Source of the DNA: Waddliaceae bacterium
Lineage (GTDB): Bacteria > Chlamydiota > Chlamydiia > Chlamydiales > SLOH01
DNA: 64,000 nt
Direction: 5' to 3'
NCBI GenBank assembly: GCA_040880105.1
Contig: JBBDJA010000025.1
Location: forward strand, 2,882 to 66,881
Numbering within the stretch: position 1 is the first letter of the stretch; each line of letters opens with the position of its first letter. Shown piece by piece: positions 1-7,888 of the stretch. A program made the position numbers and the translations under genes. Below the pieces are notes generated by a model. It was not told where the DNA came from. It saw only the letters and a program-made list of their open reading frames with translations, and made no database searches.

Positions 1-9
1 AACTTTTTT

Positions 10-101
10 GCTGAACCAATAAGTGGTTAAGCGAGTGTGTTTTTCTCGAATTTGAGGAAAAAGGCGCTAAATTCAACTACCTGACTTAATCAGAGGTTCC
101 T
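10..101. repeat. Possible palindromic (REP/MITE-like) element, probably cut by the window edge
   Basis: Intergenic stacked hairpins: gctgaacca-ataag-tggttaagc (10-32) and an imperfect ttttctc-gaattt-gaggaaaa. Ends in agaggttcct (92-101), a 10-mer also present at 42453-42462. Confidence 0.3.
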
Positions 102-133
102 AGGTTGATGGGGTTTGTGAAAAACTCAACGTA

Positions 134-1165
134 TCAAACAGCTACGGCTTCAATAACGCAAAGTTGACATTTTGTAGTCATAATGCGCTTTAATGAAAAA
201 CCGGACGTTTCAAGCAGAGTAGAAAATTCCTGTTCGGTTCGCTCTCTTCCGGGAAAAAGAGCCATCATCGCGACATCAATTGTCTTTTCTTGCTGTCCTG
301 CCTTACCTTCCCGGATAATGAATTCGAAAATGAAAAGCTTTTTTCCAACCTGGATAGCTTTACGAATATTACTAAGAATACGTATGCATGCGTGATCGTC
401 CCAATCATGCAGCACGCGCTTAAGTAAGTAGACATCTCCACCTTCGGGAGCCGTTTCGAAAAAAGTGCCCGATGATGTCTGGAAACGATCGGCAAAGGGT
501 CCTAAATGAAGGGTTGTAGATGAAAAAACGACCTGTGGCAATTCAAAAAGAATTCCTTTTAACGTTTCATTGTTTGAAAGAATTTGCGCAAGGAAATGGC
601 CAGTTCCGCCGCCCACGTCGACAATCGTTTTTGACTCGCCAAAATTGATGGCTTTGGCAATGATACGATCCTCTTCTTCGGTAATATTTGCCATTCCGGC
701 GTCAAACTTCTCACTCATCAACGGATGGGAAGAGAGGTACTCAAAGTAGTTTTTTCCGTAGATCAGGTCAAAGGCAGGCTTTCCGGTTACGACTGAAGAC
801 TTTAAGTTTCCAAGTGCGCGCCATCGGATTTCATCTTCTTGAAGAATCATATTGCGAAGGGAATCCGGTTGTCCGGAACAGAGACAATGCCCAAGAGGTG
901 TCACTGAGTACTTGCCCTCTTCATCTTCATCAAAAAAATCATAGGAGACAAGCATCCTCATCAATCGATAGAGTGACGCTTCATGAACGTCGATTTTCTC
1001 TGCCAATTGTCTAGAATCAAGTGGTGTATGCAAAAGGATATCCGGTATACCTAAATCTGCAACAACATAGATCGCGCGGTCAACCACGCGGTGTCTCATG
1101 AGTTCCCAGATTTTTTGCTTACCTTTTTTACTGATTGAGGCGGACTCTATTTCTTTAGTTGGCAT
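134..1165 (-). CDS. SAM-dependent O-methyltransferase, family 2 (dimerisation domain plus methyltransferase domain)
   Basis: VDVGGGTG SAM motif, LKRVLHDWDD catalytic motif, GRERTEQEF, and an N-terminal winged-helix dimerisation region. Confidence 0.9.
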   Translation of the reverse strand: MPTKEIESASISKKGKQKIWELMRHRVVDRAIYVVADLGIPDILLHTPLDSRQLAEKIDVHEASLYRLMRMLVSYDFFDEDEEGKYSVTPLGHCLCSGQPDSLRNMILQEDEIRWRALGNLKSSVVTGKPAFDLIYGKNYFEYLSSHPLMSEKFDAGMANITEEEDRIIAKAINFGESKTIVDVGGGTGHFLAQILSNNETLKGILFELPQVVFSSTTLHLGPFADRFQTSSGTFFETAPEGGDVYLLKRVLHDWDDHACIRILSNIRKAIQVGKKLFIFEFIIREGKAGQQEKTIDVAMMALFPGRERTEQEFSTLLETSGFSLKRIMTTKCQLCVIEAVAV

Positions 1166-1211
1166 TTTGCCTCACATTCTCTTAGAAAAAAGTATACTAT
1201 AGCGGAAAGCA

Positions 1212-1288
1212 GATTTTTAGAGCAAATGTAACCGACTTACTAAAGGATCTTATCGAGACGTGAATTTGGGATACATTTGCTAAAAATC
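1212..1288. repeat. Imperfect intergenic inverted repeat (possible terminator/attenuator)
   Basis: gatttttagagcaaatgta (1212-1230) versus tacatttgctaaaaatc (1272-1288): 17 paired bases with a 2-nt bulge. Confidence 0.5.
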
Positions 1289-1350
1289 AAAAAATTAGAG
1301 AGGTGTTAGCCATCTGATTTTTAACCTAATGCGATATGTTTTATTTGATA

Positions 1351-1926
1351 TTAGCGATTTGGCTTCTTAGAATCAAAATCCAGAAGGCTTGTCACAACAC
1401 TTTCAAGCTTTTTTCTTTTACTTTCATCAATCAGTTGCTCTTTGTCGTTAAATGCCTCATTTGCATTGGGAAGGTTTAGATAATCAGGAGTCACAAGAAC
1501 TCCAACATTTTGAAGAAGAGAACGGAGATGGGTTAAGCTACGGTATCCCCCAAAATATCCGGGAGAGGCGCTCATTAGCGCAGCCAACTTACCTTTAAAA
1601 GCGATAAGATTGGGCTCCTTGCTATCTTCCGGACGCGAGACCCAGTCCATCGAATTTTTCAAGGCAGCGGTGATCGAGCTATTATATTCCGGAGATGCGA
1701 TTAAAAAGCCGTCGCTTTCGACCATCATTTGCTTCATTTTTTTTGCATTGTCCGGAAGGCCGCTGCTTTCTTCTATGTCGGCATTATAAATCGGCATCTG
1801 ATAATCTATCAGGTCAATATACTGAACTTCAGCCCCTTTCGCTTTTGCAATTTGAGCTGCAATTTTCACTAATTTCTTATTATACGAGCCTTTACGTAGA
1901 CTGCCGGAAAATGCGAGAATTTTCAT
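1351..1926 (-). CDS. NADPH-dependent FMN reductase (ChrR/SsuE-like flavodoxin fold)
   Basis: GSLRKGSYN, ASPEYNSS, LKNSMDWVSR and ASPGYFGG motifs. Confidence 0.92.
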   Translation of the reverse strand: MKILAFSGSLRKGSYNKKLVKIAAQIAKAKGAEVQYIDLIDYQMPIYNADIEESSGLPDNAKKMKQMMVESDGFLIASPEYNSSITAALKNSMDWVSRPEDSKEPNLIAFKGKLAALMSASPGYFGGYRSLTHLRSLLQNVGVLVTPDYLNLPNANEAFNDKEQLIDESKRKKLESVVTSLLDFDSKKPNR

Positions 1927-2360
1927 AAGCCTATTGGGAAGTAACCGCGAATTTCATTCGGATCTAAATGCGTAATATCTTTTGAGACTTCTGCTTCCAG
2001 AATCTTCAACGTTGAGTCTGACAAAAAATGGCGGAGCATTCCGAGTATGGTAGGCGATGCCGCGATGAAGAGGCGTTCTACCTCTCCTTTTCCACGCGCT
2101 TTATCAATGAATTCGGCAACCATGCGAGCAAATGCTTGTGCCTGCGCCTTCTTAATTGTTGTATGTGGTTCCATTGACGATCGAGCGGTAGACATCGACT
2201 CAAAACTCGTTCCTTGTTTATCACTCACCAAATCGCGCGGGTGCATTTTCCCCTCGGGATGGATAAGCGAATGAATTTCAAGAAGGGCAAGCGCTTTTTC
2301 CAAGCGGAAAATGCGGGCACTTGTGCCGTTTGCTGCTATAATCCAAGTCTCTTTTGTCAT
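1923..2360 (-). CDS. Host attachment family protein (Host_attach / bacterial aeRF1-like)
   Basis: TWIIAANGTSARIF N-terminus, RLFIAASPTILGMLR, EVSKDITHL. Overlaps the start of the FMN reductase by 4 bp. Confidence 0.8.
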   Translation of the reverse strand: MTKETWIIAANGTSARIFRLEKALALLEIHSLIHPEGKMHPRDLVSDKQGTSFESMSTARSSMEPHTTIKKAQAQAFARMVAEFIDKARGKGEVERLFIAASPTILGMLRHFLSDSTLKILEAEVSKDITHLDPNEIRGYFPIGL

Positions 2361-2377
2361 AATAACCTCTTATTTTT

Positions 2378-2407
2378 AGTATACAGGAGTATAAAAAAAA
2401 TTGTAAA
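2378..2407 (-). promoter_or_regulatory. Sigma66/sigma70-type promoter for the 2360/1926 operon
   Basis: On the minus strand TTTACA-N18-TATACT, followed by a GAGG RBS before the ATG at 2360. Confidence 0.5.
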
Positions 2408-2479
2408 CACCTTAATATTTCATTCAATTTTTTGGAGGTTTTTATGGACATTTATCAGGAGACTCTCTAAGAAAAAAGT

Positions 2480-3940
2480 ATGGAAAAGTTTATTCGAGAG
2501 CTACAAATCGGAGAGATTCACGCCCGAGACGTCTGGCAATTTGAGTTGAAATCGGAGTTTTTCCCTCCTTCTGAGACCAGCGTAAACTCATACTCCCAGG
2601 AATTTTACATTTTCATCCCTAACTCATTGTATATCAATGAAGAAGTATACACGAGCAAACAATTTTATGAGGATCAGACGAACTTTATTCGATATAAGAC
2701 ACCGGAACAAAATCTAAAACAAATTGTCGATCCCGAGTTTAAAGCCTCTCCGCTTAGCCGTCTCAAAACTTATTTAAAACAGCCTCACTCAAAAAAAAAC
2801 CTCAAGCTCATTGAGGATGAGGTTAAACTCCTCGGGAATATTGTTCGAAGCGCAATCAGGCGCCGAGTAAAAAAAATTATCGATGGAAAATCAGATATCA
2901 TCGACTTTTGCAATTCTATAGAAAAATTTCAAAAGGAGTATATCGAACTCAAAGAACATTTTCATCAAGAGTGGGGTAAAAAGACATCTCCTCCTTTTAT
3001 TTATACTCAAGAATTTATGAGTAAGTCGATCCAGTACTATTTAACAGGGCTGCTCAAAAGAAAGGAACATACGTTGTCAACTGAAGAGCGCGAAGTTCTT
3101 ACCGATACAATCATTAAGGAAATTGAATGGCAAAAGAAGTCAGTACGGAGAAATTCTCATGAGAAAGAGACCGTCCTCTATCGACTTGGTCTTTTAAATA
3201 AGTATGTTTTAGATGCTCTACTACTTCAAACATCTAAAGAGTCGCTCTACAATCGGTTTCGCAATGTCATTGGAAGTGTCTCTGCCGGAATCGCGATGCT
3301 TTTTTTCTTTGTTCTCTTTGTGTGGGGTGGACAGGTGCTCATTATCAATTCAACACCATTTATATTACTAACTGTGATTTTGTATATTCTGAAAGACCGT
3401 CTAAAAGAGGGGTTGAGAGAGCTCTCTTATCGTAACTTTCACAAGTGGTTCTCAGACTTTCAAACGGACATTCTCACGCCTGAGGGAACGAAAAAAATTG
3501 GTCACATGACCGAGTCATTTTCATTCGTGAACTTAAAAAAGCTCCCTCATGACATTACTTACATGAGAAATCGTGAGTTTCATGAAGTACTCGACCGCGT
3601 CAAGAGACCCGAAAAGGTGATTTATTATAAGAAAAAAATCCAAATCCAACTGAGAAAAAGAAAAGAGGAGCGCAGGTATGGGCTCAATATTATCTCTCGA
3701 TTCAATATCTCCTCTTTTACCAAGTACGCATCAAACTCCAGACACAATCTTTTTACAATCGATGAATCCACGCGTGAAGTAAAAAAAATTAAACTTCCAA
3801 AAGTGTATCATCTGAATGTGATATTAAAAAACACTACAACAGATGAAAAAGGCAGAGCCCAAATCGAATATAAAAAATTCCGTATTGTCCTCAATAAAGA
3901 AGGAATTGTTAGAGTCGAGCACCTTCCTAGTAAAATTTAA
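2480..3940 (+). CDS. Hypothetical membrane protein (two central TM helices, large soluble domains on both sides)
   Basis: 486-aa ORF with the hydrophobic pair IGSVSAGIAMLFFFVLFVWGG / FILLTVILYIL. No family recognised. Confidence 0.75.
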   Translation: MEKFIRELQIGEIHARDVWQFELKSEFFPPSETSVNSYSQEFYIFIPNSLYINEEVYTSKQFYEDQTNFIRYKTPEQNLKQIVDPEFKASPLSRLKTYLKQPHSKKNLKLIEDEVKLLGNIVRSAIRRRVKKIIDGKSDIIDFCNSIEKFQKEYIELKEHFHQEWGKKTSPPFIYTQEFMSKSIQYYLTGLLKRKEHTLSTEEREVLTDTIIKEIEWQKKSVRRNSHEKETVLYRLGLLNKYVLDALLLQTSKESLYNRFRNVIGSVSAGIAMLFFFVLFVWGGQVLIINSTPFILLTVILYILKDRLKEGLRELSYRNFHKWFSDFQTDILTPEGTKKIGHMTESFSFVNLKKLPHDITYMRNREFHEVLDRVKRPEKVIYYKKKIQIQLRKRKEERRYGLNIISRFNISSFTKYASNSRHNLFTIDESTREVKKIKLPKVYHLNVILKNTTTDEKGRAQIEYKKFRIVLNKEGIVRVEHLPSKI

Positions 3941-4442
3941 TACTTTTGACTATGCGGTTAAAAACGGGTAAGTATTTATCATAACTGTCCGGGGCTGCAG
4001 TAAATGTAAAAATAAATGCTGCATTTCCTCTCATCACTAAATACTGCTCAACAATTGCTTTCACATCACCCACCTGATGACTGAAGACGATTTGGAGCGC
4101 GGGCACACCTCCAATCGTAAGGTCTTTGCTTTCTTGAAGCGAGAAGTTCGTCAATGCTTGATTAAGTCCCTTTACACTCGTTTCATAAAATTCCTTTCTT
4201 GTAATAGCAACATCAAGTGGGACAATCATGACGTTCATATTTTCTCTGAACGCATCATTTGGGGAGTCAGAAGGGGCAAGAAGGATCACATCCGTTCCAA
4301 AAATTCCCTCATCAACCTCCCAACTTTCAGGCGCTTCTATTATATATCCATTCACACTTTTATATTGGGTCATCGATTCTGCTGTCTCTTGTCCCATTAA
4401 ATTCAATGATACTATGAGCATTAAAAACACAACTTTATACAT
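3927..4442 (-). CDS. Exported DcrB/PsbP-like protein
   Basis: Start moved to MYKVV (4442) because of a GGGAG RBS and a signal peptide. IEAPESWEV...FRENMNVMI...AFIFTFTA...FNRIVKSIKF pattern. Confidence 0.7.
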   Translation of the reverse strand: MYKVVFLMLIVSLNLMGQETAESMTQYKSVNGYIIEAPESWEVDEGIFGTDVILLAPSDSPNDAFRENMNVMIVPLDVAITRKEFYETSVKGLNQALTNFSLQESKDLTIGGVPALQIVFSHQVGDVKAIVEQYLVMRGNAAFIFTFTAAPDSYDKYLPVFNRIVKSIKFY

Positions 4443-4519
4443 CAAAAATCTCCCATTTAGCTTTTTCTTTGTAATAACAGAAACTTGCATTAAATATTTA
4501 TATATTTCATTAGTAATTT

Positions 4520-5149
4520 ATGTTTCAAAACCGAGAAGAGGCAGGTAAAGAGCTTGCCCATGCGCTCATAAATTACAGAGATCATCAAGATGCTCTTGTC
4601 ATTGGCTTGCCAAGGGGTGGGGTTCCGGTTGCGTATCAAATCGCCTCATTTCTTAATCTCCCACTAGATGTTATCTGTCCTAGAAAGATCGGAGCCCCTG
4701 GGAATCCGGAATATGCGATCGGCGCGGTAACAGAAACAGGCGAAAAGATCATAAGCCAAAGTGTCGTTGATTCTTTGGGAGTTTCTGAAAAGGATGTAAA
4801 AAGAATGATCCAAGTAGAGTCTGAAGAGGCCTTGCGCCGCTTAAAGAGATATAGAGAGGGTCTGCCAAAAAGAGATCTTAAAGACAAGGTGGTTATACTT
4901 GTGGATGATGGAATTGCAACAGGCTCAACGATCAAGGCAGCTATTTATTCCATACAGGCAGAGAGTGCTAAAAAAATCATTGTCGCTGTTCCCGTCTCCC
5001 CTATAAACACGTATCAAGAAATTCAAGAGATGGTAGATGAAATCTACTCTCTTGATCTCCCCCTCGATTTTTACGCTGTCGGGCAGTTCTACCAAGACTT
5101 TGGCTCGACAAGCGACCAAGAGGTGTACGATCTTTTGCACAAAATATGA
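4520..5149 (+). CDS. Phosphoribosyltransferase family protein
   Basis: MFQNREEAG, GLPRGGVPVA, and the PRPP loop VILVDDGIATGST. Confidence 0.9.
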   Translation: MFQNREEAGKELAHALINYRDHQDALVIGLPRGGVPVAYQIASFLNLPLDVICPRKIGAPGNPEYAIGAVTETGEKIISQSVVDSLGVSEKDVKRMIQVESEEALRRLKRYREGLPKRDLKDKVVILVDDGIATGSTIKAAIYSIQAESAKKIIVAVPVSPINTYQEIQEMVDEIYSLDLPLDFYAVGQFYQDFGSTSDQEVYDLLHKI

Positions 5150-5198
5150 AATTATCTTTTCTTTTAAATGTGCATAAATCCACTCGCAAGTCGCTCTG

Positions 5199-5269
5199 GG
5201 TGCCTCTGAATCACTTGGGTAGATTAAATTTTGAATGAATGTTTTCTACCTGAGTGATTCAGAGGCACC
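5199..5269. repeat. 25-bp inverted repeat (stem-loop with 21-nt loop)
   Basis: ggtgcctctgaatcacttgggtaga / tctacctgagtgattcagaggcacc. As RNA all 25 positions pair, including two G:U wobbles. Followed by attttcacttt. Confidence 0.85.
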
Positions 5270-5352
5270 ATTTTCACTTTGAAATTCAAATTGCAAAAAA
5301 AGAAGAAGGAGCTGTCTAATCTTAAAAATCGAGACTTTTTGGGGTTAAGAAA

Positions 5353-6126
5353 ATGTCAGAAACAAAGCGTCTATTTTTGGGAATGGAAGCGTGCGCTCCT
5401 TGGCCAAACGTATTTCCAAGTGGACGGCTGATCAAGACAAAGGACTCCCACATGACTCTTGTCTTCTTGGGAAATGTGGAGTATGACAAGATTGAGAAGA
5501 AACTGAAAGAGATTCCAAAGCCGCCTTTTCCCTTGGGGCTTGTGGGGAAGTTTTCTCGTCACCTTCTGTTGGGTAAAGTGATTGCTTGGGAAGTTGACTG
5601 CTTTCGTAGACAAAATGCGCTTTTGGATTATCAAATGGAACTTGCCGATTTTTTTCAAATAAAGGAACGTTACCCCTTCCTTCCGCATGTTACAGTAGCA
5701 AGAGGCAAATTCAATCAAAATGAGTGGGAACAATTTTTCACTCCCCTGCCGGTAACATTCAATCACATTCATCTCTATGAAAGTCTTGGAAATTCCAACT
5801 ACAAAAAGATTTTCACGCTTCCGCTAACCCCTCCCTTTGAGGAGTTGGACCATACAGCAGATGTGGGCTATACTGTTAATGGTTTATCACTCAATGAGTT
5901 GTATTTGCACGCGCAAATTGCCCTTTCCTTTCAATGGCCTCCCATGCTGAACTTCATTGAAGTAGAGAGATCCTTGCACAGTTTAAATGAGGTCATTATG
6001 GCGTTAAATGAAAGAGTGACTGTGGCAGATAGCGAAATAGGATGCGATCTTAAAGCGGTGAGCTTTCATGGTTTAATACAAGAGAACAGCGGAATTCTTT
6101 CCTGGGAGATGTTAGTCGATGTCTGA
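5353..6126 (+). CDS. Fusion of 2H phosphoesterase (ThpR/LigT-like RNA 2',3'-cyclic phosphodiesterase) and archease
   Basis: Residues 1-160 carry two HxT motifs (H33-M-T, H112-V-T) and the HLYES motif. Residues 161-257 carry archease motifs FEELDHTADVG, DLKAVSFH and a C-terminal LVDV. Confidence 0.85.
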   Translation: MSETKRLFLGMEACAPWPNVFPSGRLIKTKDSHMTLVFLGNVEYDKIEKKLKEIPKPPFPLGLVGKFSRHLLLGKVIAWEVDCFRRQNALLDYQMELADFFQIKERYPFLPHVTVARGKFNQNEWEQFFTPLPVTFNHIHLYESLGNSNYKKIFTLPLTPPFEELDHTADVGYTVNGLSLNELYLHAQIALSFQWPPMLNFIEVERSLHSLNEVIMALNERVTVADSEIGCDLKAVSFHGLIQENSGILSWEMLVDV

Positions 6127-7534
6127 ACTGAAAAAAATCGCAGATGCGACCTACTTAATGGAGAAGGTGGGTTCAATGCGCGTTCCAGGTCTTATCATAG
6201 CAACCGAAGAGCTTTTAAATCAGTGCGATATAGAGCAGCCTTTAGAACAGGTACGTAATGTTGCCACACTTCCCGGGATTGTGGGCCATAGCATTGCAAT
6301 GCCCGATATTCATTGGGGTTACGGCTTTCCCATTGGCGGGGTTGCAGCAACAGATGCCAGAAGTGGGGTGATCAGTCCCGGAGGTGTGGGTTACGATATC
6401 AATTGCGGCGTTCGACTAGCGGTTGTCCCAAGAGCCTTTAAAGAGATTGATAGCAAAAAGAGAGCCGCTCTTATCCAATCCATTTATCGCAATGTTCCCT
6501 CCGGTGTCGGCAACAGTCGCAAAGAAGGCAAGTCTTTAACAGATGCGGACTACCGCGCGCTTTTTGAAAACGGGGCGAGATGGTCAATTGAACAGGGATT
6601 TGGATTTGAGAATGATCTTGAGCATATGGAGAGCCATGGTGTGATTGAAGGAGCAAGCTACGATGCGATCTCAAATCAAGCCAAAGAGCGAGGTGCTAAA
6701 CAGCTTGGGTCGATCGGTTCCGGCAACCACTTTGTTGAAGTTGGCGAGGTGCAGCAACTGTTTCTTCCCGATACTGCAAAACAGTGGGGAATTGAAAAAG
6801 GGCACATGTATATTCTGATTCACTCGGGTTCTCGGGGGTTTGGTCACCAAGTCTGTCAAGATGCTCTCAATGTATTTATAAAAAAAGGATTTGATCAAGG
6901 GCTTCCCGATCGCCAACTCGTTGCAGCGCCGATTAATAGCCCTGAGGGTCAAGAGTATTTCGCAGCGATGGCAGCTGCTGCAAATTTTGCTTTTAACAAT
7001 CGCCAGCAGATTCTCCACTATGTGCGAGTCAGTCTAAATGAATCGCTTGGTATCCCGGGGAGTGAAGTGCATCTTGTTTACGATGTGTGCCACAATATTG
7101 CTAAATTTGAAGAGTACGACAATCAAAAGGTCTGCGTACATAGAAAAGGCGCCACAAGAGCCTTTGGACCGGGTCACAAAGAACTTGCCCCCATTTTCCA
7201 GTCTACCGGACAGCCGGTAATCGTTCCCGGAGATATGGGTCGAGCCAGTTACTTACTTGCCGGTCTTGGCAACGCACTTACATTCTCCAGCTGCTGCCAT
7301 GGTGCCGGACGCGCTAGAAGCCGGGTTAAGTCTAGAAAAGAGTGGCATGGCCGTGATCCGATTGCCTATATGAAGTCGCAAGGAGTGAAGGTGATGGCCA
7401 CATCCAACCGCACGATTGTAGAGGAAATGCCCGATGCTTATAAAGATGTAGATCTTGTCGTTGAGGCAGTTGAGGAGGCAAAACTTGCCACTCGCGTGGC
7501 AAAGCTTAAGCCTCACATGGTTCTTAAAGGATGA
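6119..7534 (+). CDS. rtcB: RtcB RNA ligase (3'-phosphate/5'-OH), long archaeal-like type
   Basis: MPDIHWGYGFPIGG, VGYDINCGVR, GSGNHFVEV, IHSGSRG, HNIAK, HRKGATRA and CHGAGR all intact. Overlaps the upstream stop by 8 bp. Confidence 0.97.
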   Translation: MSELKKIADATYLMEKVGSMRVPGLIIATEELLNQCDIEQPLEQVRNVATLPGIVGHSIAMPDIHWGYGFPIGGVAATDARSGVISPGGVGYDINCGVRLAVVPRAFKEIDSKKRAALIQSIYRNVPSGVGNSRKEGKSLTDADYRALFENGARWSIEQGFGFENDLEHMESHGVIEGASYDAISNQAKERGAKQLGSIGSGNHFVEVGEVQQLFLPDTAKQWGIEKGHMYILIHSGSRGFGHQVCQDALNVFIKKGFDQGLPDRQLVAAPINSPEGQEYFAAMAAAANFAFNNRQQILHYVRVSLNESLGIPGSEVHLVYDVCHNIAKFEEYDNQKVCVHRKGATRAFGPGHKELAPIFQSTGQPVIVPGDMGRASYLLAGLGNALTFSSCCHGAGRARSRVKSRKEWHGRDPIAYMKSQGVKVMATSNRTIVEEMPDAYKDVDLVVEAVEEAKLATRVAKLKPHMVLKG

Positions 7535-7597
7535 GCCTTTAGTAACACCTGAAAAGCCAACTTATGACTTTTCTCTTAATGACTTTAAAATTTTCTT

Positions 7598-7625
7598 TTC
7601 AATTTTATGAGGTAGCTGTTATACG
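7598..7625 (+). promoter_or_regulatory. Candidate sigma66 promoter of the histone gene
   Basis: TTCAAT-N16-TATACG; GAGGT RBS at 7653-7657. Confidence 0.35.
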
Positions 7626-7663
7626 TTGGCCTTTGTAAAATAACAAACCCACGAGGTAAAAAA

Positions 7664-7849
7664 ATGGCTGAGAATTTAGTTGTGATTAGCAAAGTAAAAT
7701 CTAGAATCAAACAAGCTGGAATGAACACTTCTACAACAGCGATCGACGCACTTTCTAAAATCGTTGATCAACAGATTAACAAAGCGATTGAAGAAGCGAA
7801 AAAAAATAAGCGCAAAACTGTAATGGACCGCGACTTTAGCGAAAGTTAA
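7664..7849 (+). CDS. Bacterial histone-fold protein (Bd0055/HBb-like singlet histone)
   Basis: 61 aa: LVVISKVKSRIK (alpha1), MNTS (L1), AIDALSKIVDQQINKAIEEAK (alpha2), RKTVMDRD (L2 with R-D clamp). Good RBS. Confidence 0.88.
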   Translation: MAENLVVISKVKSRIKQAGMNTSTTAIDALSKIVDQQINKAIEEAKKNKRKTVMDRDFSES

Positions 7850-7864
7850 GATTCCTTAAATGTT

Positions 7865-7888
7865 ATGGGGTCACTCTCGTGGCCCCAT
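7865..7888. terminator. Hairpin between convergent histone and acyl-CoA dehydrogenase genes
   Basis: atggggtcac-tctc-gtggccccat, overlapping the stop codon at 7871. Confidence 0.55.

Noticed and set aside
134-1165. O-methyltransferase as part of a biosynthetic gene cluster
   Set aside because: No PKS, NRPS or tailoring genes on the visible side; the left flank is outside the window.
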